From a virus, in IMG/VR virus record IMGVR_UViG_3300031952_002809, positions 1 through 64,000 of that record: a stretch of DNA of 64,000 bases. One strand, given 5' to 3'. Below the pieces are notes generated by a model. The model searched no databases and was not told where the DNA came from. It saw only the letters and a list, made by a program, of their open reading frames with translations. A program made the position numbers and the translations under genes. Shown here one piece after another: positions 1 to 8,854 of the stretch (positions within the stretch are counted from its first letter, which is position 1; each line of letters starts with the position of its first letter).

Positions 1-10
1 TTTTCTTCAT
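1..10 (-). CDS. 5' end of a gene running off the left edge
   Basis: Minus strand reads AGGAG-taaaatttt-ATG AAG AAA with the ATG at 10; only 3 codons visible. Confidence 0.4.
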
Positions 11-150
11 AAAATTTTACTCCTATTTTTTATACATTATTTTCAAGTATTCCTTACTTGTGTTATTCACTGCTATGACATAGTATCGGCTAAAGAAAGA
101 TATGCCTTCTCCAGCTATTCTGCCGGAACAAAATATTCATTATTACTCTA

Positions 151-1041
151 TTACTTGCGGGGTGCACAATTTTCTTCAGGTTCTCCATGGACATGCACTG
201 AAGCCCTTTCGATCTTGGTACAAATTCTCCGTTCCACTTCAGCTGATATCGCATGTTCCTGTTCTACGCTCAGGGTGGGTTCAACGTGAATGCATAGATC
301 AATGAAGACATCCGCTCCCGAGTTACGCACCTTGACATCATGGAACCGTAAGACCCCCGGAACTCCCCGCACGATGTTCTCAATGACTTGAACCATTTCT
401 ATCGGGGCTTTATCGATGAGAATATCAACAGATCGCTTTCCAAGTTTAGATGAAACATATAAAATGGTAGAGGCTACCAGAAGTGCGGCAATCGCATCAA
501 CAAAAAAGAATCCGAAATTAGCAAACACCAACCCGATCAGAACAGCAGATGAGCTCCATATGTCTGTTGAAAAATGAAGGGCGTCCGCTTCGAGTACCGG
601 GCTTTTATATTTTTTTGCGGCCTTCATAAGGACCCGAGAACGGGAAAAATCAATAATGATTGAGGTCACAACTACGGCATAACTCCAATAATTTATATCA
701 ATGTGGGTATTGCCTGTTACAAGCCTGTGAATCGCCTCGTATATTACCCATGTACATATGAGAAGAAGAAGGAGGGTTTTCGAAAGGGCCGCAATATTCT
801 CAATTTTTCCATGCCCGTAGTTATGAGCTCTGTCGGCTGGTTTGTCAGAGACCCTTACCGAAAAATAAGTTATCGCAGCAGCAATAAGATCAAGTCCTGC
901 ATGAAGAGCTTCGGAAAGAATACCGAGACTGCCGGTAAACAGTCCGACAATAATTTTTGTGCTGGTAAGAAAGATAGCAGCAAAAACCGAAATAAGGGCC
1001 ACCCTTGTTTTCTCTTTGATGGAACTAATAGTGCTATCCAT
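151..1041 (-). CDS. Cation diffusion facilitator (FieF-like) metal transporter
   Basis: Hydrophobic helices; SLGILSEALHAGLD, HNYGHGKIEN, LEADALHFSTD, C-terminal HVHGEP; RBS TAGGAG favours a start at 1041 (ORF track starts at 1080). Confidence 0.9.
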   Translation of the reverse strand: MDSTISSIKEKTRVALISVFAAIFLTSTKIIVGLFTGSLGILSEALHAGLDLIAAAITYFSVRVSDKPADRAHNYGHGKIENIAALSKTLLLLLICTWVIYEAIHRLVTGNTHIDINYWSYAVVVTSIIIDFSRSRVLMKAAKKYKSPVLEADALHFSTDIWSSSAVLIGLVFANFGFFFVDAIAALLVASTILYVSSKLGKRSVDILIDKAPIEMVQVIENIVRGVPGVLRFHDVKVRNSGADVFIDLCIHVEPTLSVEQEHAISAEVERRICTKIERASVHVHGEPEENCAPRK

Positions 1042-1365
1042 AAAAAATACTCCTATCCTCAAAGATAGGCGCATGCCCATCCAATTTAAGGTTATTAATG
1101 TGGGCTATGCGTATATTGGCTATTCTTTCAGGATCGTGGATTAATTTCATAGGAGGTATCTCTGAATTAGTATCGACAGGTGTGCATCAGTAGAAAGAGA
1201 GAATCAATCGTTTTTAGATATCTTTCTGTTTCCGTTTGCGGGGTTCTTTCCAAGCATAGCTCTTACATTTAGGGCAGACTTTTGGTTCTTCCGCTGATCG
1301 AGGAAACCAGGTATAATTACATTTTTTACAGGTTAGTTCAGATATTGTTAGTTTCATACATTCCC

Positions 1366-3324
1366 CTAATAGGTTTTTACCATTTTTAAGTTACCAGCAT
1401 CGAATATTCTGAGATACCCATTATTTAACATATTTTCATATTCTGAAAGAACAGGATCAAATATTTTCAGCTTATCTTTTAGTTTGTGCTTTTGAAATTT
1501 GACTCTACTCCATAAGGTAAGAGTTTTGTCTTTATCTTTGAAATAAAAATAGTTAGGCTGGGTTAAGTCTGTGTTAATAAAATTTTTATAACTGTTCCCT
1601 GTAAAATAGCGAACATCAACAAAACTGATTATTTTCTTGGGGGTATACTCAATTTCAAAATGCTTCAATATTCTTTCGAACCCTCCGATAACGGCATGCC
1701 CTAATTTTCCAGCAAATCTAATAATTTCATAAGCATCTTCATTTTTGTATCTAAATTTTCCAAATGCTCCAAGACAAACAAGTTCTTCGTTGTAATAGAG
1801 ACCTATGCGTATTCCGGCAGAAGAGGATGATTGCAAATGATTTTGTTCAAGAAACTTTGTGCTATTGACTGGATCAACTTCTCTGACACTACATTTTCGA
1901 GCAAATATTTTAATATTCACCCCAAGCTTATTCAATAAAATAGATTTAACGATACTTTCTTTATTAACCCACTCATTTTCAAATATTTGAATAAGTTGTA
2001 TGCTCTTTTCCTTAAAGTACTTATACTTATTCTGATGGTAGCTCCTACTTCGATAAAGATCGCTATGCCAGTATATTCCATTGAAATCTATTCCAAGATT
2101 ATAATCGGGTAAGTAGATATCTATTTCAAATTTAAGTTTTCCATTTTCATAATACTTTTCATTTGGTTTTATATTCGTAATTCCTTGTGCTTGCAGCCAT
2201 GTAATTATATCATCCTCAAAGTAAGAACGATGCTTCCCGCACTCACAAAATATTTGATGAGGGTTTATTTTGTCGCTTTCTATTATTTTTTTGCATCGCT
2301 GGCATTCAAAGCTTTTTATTTGCCTAAGTGGGCTGTCAATGTATTCTTTTTTATCAAAGCAAGGTTTTATGTATCTTTTCGATAGAACTTCTAAAAAGGT
2401 ATCCCAGTATTGGTTCCGTAAAGTTTTTCTTGCTTTCACTTTAGCTTCAGGTATTTGCTGCGCAGAAGAAACCCCATACTTTGATAAAAAAGTCTTTCTT
2501 GCTTTTTCCTTAAATTCAGGTATTTGTGTAGTGTACTCAACCCCGTACTTTTCTTTTACTTTCTTTTTAATAGATTCTTTTATTTCTTCTGATTGAAAAC
2601 TATTCTTAGTTCCGTAGCGAAGCACTGTCGTCTCTTCAGCACGTTTCTTTATTTCGTCATTTTGATGAACGTTTTCAAAACCGTATCTCTCAAGATTAGT
2701 CTGCTCTATTTTTTCCTGTATTTCTTTATTCTTAGAAGGAACGCGCACACCATAGTTTTTTTCTAGGGTATCCTCTGCTTGTCTCTTTATATCTTTATTT
2801 TTTAGAGGGTTATCTTCTCCATATTTCTCGATACATGTTTTTTTAAACTTTTCTTTAGTAGTATCAAGCTGTGCAACATTACTTACACCGTATTTTTCTA
2901 AAGTGGACTGTTTCCTAACTTCAGCTATTTTCTTAAAATGAATATCTTTACAAGCGGGGCAGCAGGGGTATGTATTACCATTCTTTAGTTTCAGGATATC
3001 TGTTGACCCACAATAGATACACTTTCTGTTTTCAAGTAAACGATACTCCTTTATAATTCGCAAAGCCCCCTTTTGTCCTATGCCAGAAGCGCACTTAGAC
3101 GCATGCGTAGAACCGGTTCGCTCAAACTCTTTTATGAATATTCCTATTTTTTCTTGAGATATGCGTTCTGGTTTCTTGACTTCTATGCCATTTCTTTGTA
3201 ATATCTTTTTAACAAGATGTTTATTAATCCCAACAGATTTTCCTATTCCATCTAGGGATTTTCCAGTTCTATACAAATTTAATATAGTATCTATTTGCAC
3301 ATTGTTTAATTCTATTGCCTTCAT
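1366..3324 (-). CDS. Free-standing homing-endonuclease-like protein (HTH, Cys motif, 23-aa repeats, PD-(D/E)xK/Vsr-like nuclease domain; Hef-like)
   Basis: FEIDIYLPDYNLGIDFNGIYWHS and QIFENEW nuclease motifs; KYGVxN repeats; C-terminal FARKC...NHLQ...RIFDAG region typical of this phage family. Confidence 0.75.
   Translation of the reverse strand: MKAIELNNVQIDTILNLYRTGKSLDGIGKSVGINKHLVKKILQRNGIEVKKPERISQEKIGIFIKEFERTGSTHASKCASGIGQKGALRIIKEYRLLENRKCIYCGSTDILKLKNGNTYPCCPACKDIHFKKIAEVRKQSTLEKYGVSNVAQLDTTKEKFKKTCIEKYGEDNPLKNKDIKRQAEDTLEKNYGVRVPSKNKEIQEKIEQTNLERYGFENVHQNDEIKKRAEETTVLRYGTKNSFQSEEIKESIKKKVKEKYGVEYTTQIPEFKEKARKTFLSKYGVSSAQQIPEAKVKARKTLRNQYWDTFLEVLSKRYIKPCFDKKEYIDSPLRQIKSFECQRCKKIIESDKINPHQIFCECGKHRSYFEDDIITWLQAQGITNIKPNEKYYENGKLKFEIDIYLPDYNLGIDFNGIYWHSDLYRSRSYHQNKYKYFKEKSIQLIQIFENEWVNKESIVKSILLNKLGVNIKIFARKCSVREVDPVNSTKFLEQNHLQSSSSAGIRIGLYYNEELVCLGAFGKFRYKNEDAYEIIRFAGKLGHAVIGGFERILKHFEIEYTPKKIISFVDVRYFTGNSYKNFINTDLTQPNYFYFKDKDKTLTLWSRVKFQKHKLKDKLKIFDPVLSEYENMLNNGYLRIFDAGNLKMVKTY
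2428..2910 (-). repeat. Seven tandem 23-aa repeats (T-x-x-E-K/R-Y-G-V-x-N-x-x-Q...E-I-K) inside the endonuclease
   Basis: Residues 139-299, e.g. QSTLEKYGVSNVAQLDTTKEKFK and QTNLERYGFENVHQNDEIKKRAE. Confidence 0.85.
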
Positions 3325-3330
3325 ACATAT

Positions 3331-3359
3331 AATATAATACGTATAGGTGTAAAAGTCAA
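3331..3359 (-). promoter_or_regulatory. Sigma70-like promoter of the endonuclease gene, probably giving a leaderless mRNA
   Basis: TTGACT-17 nt-TATATT, then 6 nt to the ATG at 3324; no RBS. Confidence 0.7.
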
Positions 3360-3360
3360 C

Positions 3361-3397
3361 AAATAAAAAACCCCCAAGAAAAGTTCTTGGGGGTTTT
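3361..3397 (-). terminator. Intrinsic terminator after the major capsid gene
   Basis: Stem AAAACCCCCAAGAA / TTCTTGGGGGTTTT with a 3-nt loop, followed by a T-run on the minus strand. Confidence 0.9.
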
Positions 3398-3429
3398 CAA
3401 AGTAAAGTTCAATACTATTACTTACTTGC

Positions 3430-4575
3430 TCACGCCATCCAGGATGGTATTGTAGCACCAGTTTTAACTCCACAGGCAACCGCCCTGGGATTCAGGATGG
3501 CCATTCCAATCATCTCCCCGAAGAGGTAGCCGTACTGGAATTTCCCAAACACGAAAGCGTCCGCTGGGAGCATGGTAAGGCTTATCCTTACTGGCATCGC
3601 CCCAAGATATCGGCCCTCTGTTACTGCGAATACAACGCCTTCAGGAACAGAAACGTTCTGGAGACCTTGCTCATCAACACCAGCAGATACGAATATGTTA
3701 ACGCCCCATATAGATGCGAAGATACCTGTGAGAAGTACATCGCGAGATGTGACAGGATCATAATCGATTGCGTTGATGTTCTTTTTAAGATCGCCGAGCT
3801 CAGCACGATTGATAATGAATTTATCAACCAACAGACGGTGCCTTTCAACTTCGAGTTGCATAGTTTCAAGAACCGTTTTGTTGATGCTTGAGCTGATGGT
3901 AATCTGGTTGTTCTCAAGAGTAGATGCTGCATACAGTTCAGCAAGACCAGCACGGTCCTCTTGTAACATGATCTGAAAAGTTGCCTTGTCGTGTGTACGA
4001 TCAACGATATCATACTGACGACGAGCAATTTCAGACATGTTGATTTTCGGAAACGCAGTGACCCAGAATTCAGGAGGGAATACGCGGTTTCCTTTTACAA
4101 CTGTTTCGATTGTCTGTCCGTCTTCTTGAATGACAAGAGCCGTGACATTGATATCCTTTTCATAGGATATAATTTGGCCTTGTGCAACTTCATGTGTCTT
4201 GAACACCTGACGGATAAAACCTTCATAGTCCAGTCTATCAAGGATAAGAGGAATCATCTCTGCGCCGAATCTCATCCGCTCAGCTTCGTTACCATTGAAA
4301 ACAGACTCAACTATGCGCTGTTTTTCTTCAGGAGAATAAAAGTTCGTAGAGGCTTTCCTCTGATACTTGTCACGAACTTCAGAGAATTTTTGCTGCTGGG
4401 TAATCACATCTTTGTGATTCCATGCATTCATTTGGCCTTTAGAATCAAACATATCTTCTTTTGATTCTTTGGCGCGACCTGCGGAGTTAGTTCCACCGTA
4501 GGCTTTAGGATTTAAGAGCTTCTCATCATTATAAGGAGAAGCGATTTTTTTCTTTTCCATTCCGTTAGACCACAT
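3430..4575 (-). CDS. Major capsid protein (HK97 fold)
   Basis: 381 aa; PLILDRLDYEGFIRQV..YEKDINV and FGEMIGMAILNPRAV resemble capsid proteins of large phages; strong RBS AAGGAGG; last gene before a terminator. Confidence 0.85.
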   Translation of the reverse strand: MWSNGMEKKKIASPYNDEKLLNPKAYGGTNSAGRAKESKEDMFDSKGQMNAWNHKDVITQQQKFSEVRDKYQRKASTNFYSPEEKQRIVESVFNGNEAERMRFGAEMIPLILDRLDYEGFIRQVFKTHEVAQGQIISYEKDINVTALVIQEDGQTIETVVKGNRVFPPEFWVTAFPKINMSEIARRQYDIVDRTHDKATFQIMLQEDRAGLAELYAASTLENNQITISSSINKTVLETMQLEVERHRLLVDKFIINRAELGDLKKNINAIDYDPVTSRDVLLTGIFASIWGVNIFVSAGVDEQGLQNVSVPEGVVFAVTEGRYLGAMPVRISLTMLPADAFVFGKFQYGYLFGEMIGMAILNPRAVACGVKTGATIPSWMA

Positions 4576-4587
4576 ATTGCTTCCTCC

Positions 4588-5271
4588 TTATATTGTCCAT
4601 TTAAAATGAAGTTCTGGATTATCAGCCGATGGAACTTTGGTAACTTTACCAACAACAACTGTTCCTGAACTTGTAAGATAACCTGATGCGTTAACATACA
4701 GATTTCCCATGAGAGTATACGCTGCACTTGTATTATATACGAGAGTTGCTGCTTCACCGCGATCTTCCAGTGTTGCGGCCATACCAGAACCGAGAGTCTG
4801 ATCGAGACCAGTCAGAGTCGGATCTTCGTACAGATACGTAATTTTCCAGGTTCCAGTACCAGTAGAACCTTTTGTAATATAACCGTTTACTTCGGTCAGA
4901 GTCCATCCGCCAACTACTGCAAGACCGCCGCTTGTAATAAGAACGGAACCGGTTTTTACATTTGCATGATTCAAATAGAGAATCGTGCTGGTATTCGGTG
5001 ATGTACTGAAAGTTTGTTCTTCATCCACTATCGGGCGATAGAAATTGGTAGTCTTGTGGCAGTAGAAAAGACCGATGATTGATGTATCGGAATTATTTGC
5101 TACTGTCAGAACAGGATTACCGTTGCTATCTGCCTCAAGGTTTGCAACCATTCCAGCGATGAACGTTTCCGCAGGGGAAACTGCTCTGTAGCCAGGATTA
5201 TTGAAACCGTTGAGCCGACGGATGGAGTTCACGAGGCCATTGCGCCCTAAATCAGGAAGTATGGTGCTCAT
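4588..5271 (-). CDS. Capsid decoration/cement protein
   Basis: Beta-rich Thr/Gly protein directly upstream of the MCP; LYVNASGYLT..VVGKVTKVP C-terminus. Confidence 0.6.
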   Translation of the reverse strand: MSTILPDLGRNGLVNSIRRLNGFNNPGYRAVSPAETFIAGMVANLEADSNGNPVLTVANNSDTSIIGLFYCHKTTNFYRPIVDEEQTFSTSPNTSTILYLNHANVKTGSVLITSGGLAVVGGWTLTEVNGYITKGSTGTGTWKITYLYEDPTLTGLDQTLGSGMAATLEDRGEAATLVYNTSAAYTLMGNLYVNASGYLTSSGTVVVGKVTKVPSADNPELHFKWTI

Positions 5272-5292
5272 AGGTCACTCCTTAGTTTAAAT

Positions 5293-7473
5293 TTAGAATC
5301 CACGCCTATTGCGATGGACATCTTGCCAGTATTTCTTGTACTCATCTCCACTACCATCTACACTAGAACCACGAAGTGGAGCGTTCACACTGGCTGTTTT
5401 CTCACGGGTTTCTTCATCTGCTACAGATGCTAGAACGTCTTCTCTACCAACATAATCTTTTGTAAATTTCGCTACTTTGACGAAATCATCATACGGTTTA
5501 GTCATAAACGTTTCGAAGGCTTCTTTTATAATGATTTTCTGAGCTGCTTCGAACCCATCGATAAATGCATTATGTGCAATATCTTTTGCTGCAGCTTCAT
5601 GAATACCAGCTTCTACCATATTTTTAACCATGGCTTCTTTGAGTGGATTATCAATGAGACCGCGTAATTGCTGTGTTGATGCGAGTTCGACAGACAAACG
5701 AGCCTTATCGAAAACATTCTGAATCGCATCAGCCGATGCTGCTTTCTTACCAGGCATGCTAACATTAGTTTCTGATGTAGCTTTGCCTTCCTGTTTTACA
5801 GGAATTGTTGCATAAGACAGCGGAGCATTGTTGATCGTCGGGCCATTTTTATCTGATGCCGGTTCTGAGCCGATATCTTTGATATTTCCGCCTTCAACAT
5901 TGATCTTATCAAGATTTTCAACTGGACCCTGCAATTCTTTGAACGGATAAAGATTCGCTTCTTTTTCCTCACGGAATTTAGCGAGACGAGCTTTAACCTT
6001 TTGTATCAGATCATCGCTTGCATCTTCATTTGCTTTCTTATCTTTTTCTTCATCTTTTTTCTTCTTGTCGTCTTTCTTCTTGTCGTCATCTTTCTTCTTG
6101 TCATCATCTTTCTTGGCAGAGGATTTTCCCATAGTCATGCTCATGGCATCTTTAGAACCTTTGCCACCTTTGCCTTTTTTCTTATCTTTTTTCTCGTCAA
6201 GTTTTTTAATATCAAATTTTGCAGTTTTGATAACTTCACGAGCTTTGGCCATTATATCCACACCTTTTCCGATCATACTATCTGCTGTATCGAATCCTTC
6301 AGGAGACATGTCTGCTCCAGGAGCTCCCATTTCGGACTCAACACCCTTGATAGCATCTTTGATTTGCTGAACGGCACCTTCAAGTGCGTCAATACCGGCA
6401 AGAAGATCTTCTTTGTTGAGGTCTTCGGAACCTTCATCTTCTTCGCCAAATTCATCATCAGCTTCCATATCATCGCCTTTGTCTTCACCAAGATCGATGT
6501 CTTCGCCTTCATCTTCGTCTTCTTTTTCGTCTTCAGCTGCGAACTTGAGAGCAAGAACTCCAGCATAGCGAAGTTTCTCCTCCTCAACAGTAGTCATGGC
6601 ACTTTTTGCGTTTCTGATTGCGAGTACGAGCTTATTGAGTACTTCTGTGCTATTGTCAGAAACCTTTTCGAGAGTGCCTTCTTTTGTAACAATGACTTTT
6701 TCTTTCATTACAGCCTCTCTCATGTTATTGTTTTTAATTTTCAGACCTACGTCTGCTAAACTTGCCTTTACTGATTCTTTTGCAAGTGCCGGAGGAGGAG
6801 GCGGAGTTGGACCACCAGTAGGCGCTGCTGGTAAAGCTGGTGTTGCTCCCATAGCTGGCGTACTAGGTGGCGGTGTTATCAATCCCGTATCCTCTTCAGG
6901 ATGCATTTTTGATTTTAAAAATTCATTTGCCCCTGCTTCTCCAGAGGACTTTATTTTTTCGACTAGCGTCTTAAAAAATTCTTTTGGTTCAAGGTTTGTT
7001 CTTGTGATAAGACTTTTTAGAACTTTTTCAGTCCATCCGAGATCGAGTAGATGATTGACAAGTTGTTCTAATTTTTTATCTGATATTTCTGCATAATGAA
7101 CGCTAGCAGCTATATTCATAGCTTCTTCAATAGCAGCTCCGCCATCGTCTGAATCTTCTTCAGAAAGAAGACCAGAACTCTCATCAAGAACTTTAGAAAG
7201 ATTATTTATTAAGGTAGGACCAGCTCTTTCTGCTAATGCATCGGCTTGTTGTTCCTCGGGTGATTTTGGTGCTGGAGCTACAGGACCTCCTTTTGAAGGT
7301 GCTCCTGGTGCACCTGCAGCGTCTACTCCAGGTCCGCCGCCCAAAGGTGTGCCTGCGCCCAAGTTTTTACCAGGGGTAGGTGGAGTTTTGCTACCCGGTC
7401 CTGTGGGTACGCCTTCTCCTGCTAAAGGTGGAATTACTCCACCGATGTTAGAATCGATTGTTGGTTCGGCCAT
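5293..7473 (-). CDS. Scaffold-like head assembly protein
   Basis: Pro/Gly-rich N-terminus, acidic and K/D-rich low-complexity tracts, coiled segments; sits upstream of the decoration and MCP genes. Confidence 0.6.
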   Translation of the reverse strand: MAEPTIDSNIGGVIPPLAGEGVPTGPGSKTPPTPGKNLGAGTPLGGGPGVDAAGAPGAPSKGGPVAPAPKSPEEQQADALAERAGPTLINNLSKVLDESSGLLSEEDSDDGGAAIEEAMNIAASVHYAEISDKKLEQLVNHLLDLGWTEKVLKSLITRTNLEPKEFFKTLVEKIKSSGEAGANEFLKSKMHPEEDTGLITPPPSTPAMGATPALPAAPTGGPTPPPPPALAKESVKASLADVGLKIKNNNMREAVMKEKVIVTKEGTLEKVSDNSTEVLNKLVLAIRNAKSAMTTVEEEKLRYAGVLALKFAAEDEKEDEDEGEDIDLGEDKGDDMEADDEFGEEDEGSEDLNKEDLLAGIDALEGAVQQIKDAIKGVESEMGAPGADMSPEGFDTADSMIGKGVDIMAKAREVIKTAKFDIKKLDEKKDKKKGKGGKGSKDAMSMTMGKSSAKKDDDKKKDDDKKKDDKKKKDEEKDKKANEDASDDLIQKVKARLAKFREEKEANLYPFKELQGPVENLDKINVEGGNIKDIGSEPASDKNGPTINNAPLSYATIPVKQEGKATSETNVSMPGKKAASADAIQNVFDKARLSVELASTQQLRGLIDNPLKEAMVKNMVEAGIHEAAAKDIAHNAFIDGFEAAQKIIIKEAFETFMTKPYDDFVKVAKFTKDYVGREDVLASVADEETREKTASVNAPLRGSSVDGSGDEYKKYWQDVHRNRRGF

Positions 7474-7509
7474 ATAATTTCATGAAATTATGAATTGGTT
7501 TCGAAAATC

Positions 7510-7539
7510 AAATATACACGCCATACTTGAAACTTTAAG
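7510..7539 (-). promoter_or_regulatory. Candidate phage-sigma late promoter
   Basis: CTTAAA-N17-TATATTT; same spacing at 27572-27601 and 62136-62165. Confidence 0.6.
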
Positions 7540-7582
7540 GATGTTTGTTCAGTTTTTTTAAAGTACTTGATGATACTTCGTG

Positions 7583-8056
7583 TTATACTAATGGTGCTGG
7601 TGGTGCTCCTACTGGCGATGCTCCTGGTAAAGGAGGAGGTGTTCCCCCCGCAGGAGGTGCTGGTAGTATTCCTTCTGTTGGTAGAGTAGGCACGTTTTCT
7701 TCGTCAGGTTCATTCAAAGAATCCAGAAGTGTTTTCTTTGCTTCTTCTTGCTTCGGCGATGCAGTTGTATCAATTCCGGTTGCAATTTCTTCTTTAGCTT
7801 TTTCAAGTGGACCTTCTCCTGCTACAGCTGAAGGTGCTTTTGATGTTAATTCTTGCAATTCCTCAGCAGTCATTGAAATAGCAAGTTTTTGACCAAAAGC
7901 AGCATAAACGTCTTTGTTTATAGAACTCCACAAGGGTATAGCTTTATCAAATGCTAATTTTTTATCAGCAGCCCATGAAAGAAAAATATCTTCTATATCG
8001 GCGGGACCGCCAACGGATGCAGCATGTTTCCAAAACTCTTTCTTTAAAGCTTCCAT
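7583..8056 (-). CDS. Hypothetical head-module protein (FWK domain plus Pro-rich tail)
   Basis: RBS AAGGAG; N-terminal domain similar to an internal domain of 8855..10510. Confidence 0.7.
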   Translation of the reverse strand: MEALKKEFWKHAASVGGPADIEDIFLSWAADKKLAFDKAIPLWSSINKDVYAAFGQKLAISMTAEELQELTSKAPSAVAGEGPLEKAKEEIATGIDTTASPKQEEAKKTLLDSLNEPDEENVPTLPTEGILPAPPAGGTPPPLPGASPVGAPPAPLV

Positions 8057-8087
8057 TAACAAAAACTCCTTTGGTTAGGTTAATCAG

Positions 8088-8117
8088 AAGATTACAGAAT
8101 TACGTATTTTTTTTAAG
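8088..8117 (-). promoter_or_regulatory. Candidate late promoter (weaker match)
   Basis: CTTAAA-N17-TAATCTT upstream of the 8056 start. Confidence 0.4.
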
Positions 8118-8144
8118 TCTTTTAGAAATTTTTATCAAAAACTC

Positions 8145-8173
8145 TTGACTTATACACCACATAGGTGTATATT
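8145..8173 (+). promoter_or_regulatory. Sigma70-like promoter with an overlapping palindromic operator
   Basis: TTGACT-17-TATATT; inverted repeat TATACACC-acata-GGTGTATA at 8151-8171. Confidence 0.7.
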
Positions 8174-8222
8174 CATATTAGTTATGGAGAATGACAAACT
8201 TATGCATAGATGGAGGAGTATC

Positions 8223-8852
8223 ATGGGTAAAGTACTGGATTTGCGAAAAAAGTTAGATTTCTACACACGACCCACACACGGTGGCGAACAAGTACTCCCG
8301 AAAGTACGTGATGCTGCTGGTTCTTTGTATTTTCTTCCTACTCTTGCTGACGGAGATAAAATAACTCGAGCTCCAGGAGACTGGAGTACTCTTATTCAAT
8401 ATGGCCATGTAAAGTTTGATCCACACTATGTAGGCATGGAAGAATGCACTCTCGATGATACTTTCTATGATAGTGTATTTACTAAAAGGACAGAAGAAGA
8501 AGGTGAGAAAGCTTCTATAGAAATATTCGATTTTATTAAAGAGCGTATGCTTAAAAGAAACTGGCATCTCTTGCAAAAAGGAATGTCAGGGTTTCCTCAG
8601 AATCATATCAGAACAAAAGAAGATATAACTAAGAATTCAGCAATTATAGGTTTCTATTATTTGAAAGACGGTGTCTATGAAAGATACTTTGTAAAGAATG
8701 TAAGCAAAGTTCTTAAATACCGTGAACATCCAGAAAAACTCAAAAAATATATATTCGACGCATCAAGTATGCCAATCCAGAATAAAACAATACTCAGTAT
8801 GCTGGATTATTTCAAAAATAAAAAGTCGAATGTAGTTGCGCTAGCTCGTTAA
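8223..8852 (+). CDS. Hypothetical protein, oppositely oriented inside the head module
   Basis: RBS GGAGGAG before ATG 8223; own promoter; fills the gap between two minus-strand genes. Confidence 0.75.
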   Translation: MGKVLDLRKKLDFYTRPTHGGEQVLPKVRDAAGSLYFLPTLADGDKITRAPGDWSTLIQYGHVKFDPHYVGMEECTLDDTFYDSVFTKRTEEEGEKASIEIFDFIKERMLKRNWHLLQKGMSGFPQNHIRTKEDITKNSAIIGFYYLKDGVYERYFVKNVSKVLKYREHPEKLKKYIFDASSMPIQNKTILSMLDYFKNKKSNVVALAR

Positions 8853-8854
8853 CT

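Noticed and set aside
83-90. GCCGATAC, a sigma28-type -10 on the minus strand
   Set aside because: No TAAA -35 at the expected spacing; single instance
6030-6115. Tandem nucleotide repeat (TTCTTCTTGTCGTC-like)
   Set aside because: Simply encodes the KKKDDD tract of the scaffold
6001-7054. Plus-strand ORFs of 252, 101 and 152 aa
   Set aside because: Antisense shadows of the low-complexity scaffold gene (F/S/L-rich), with no RBS
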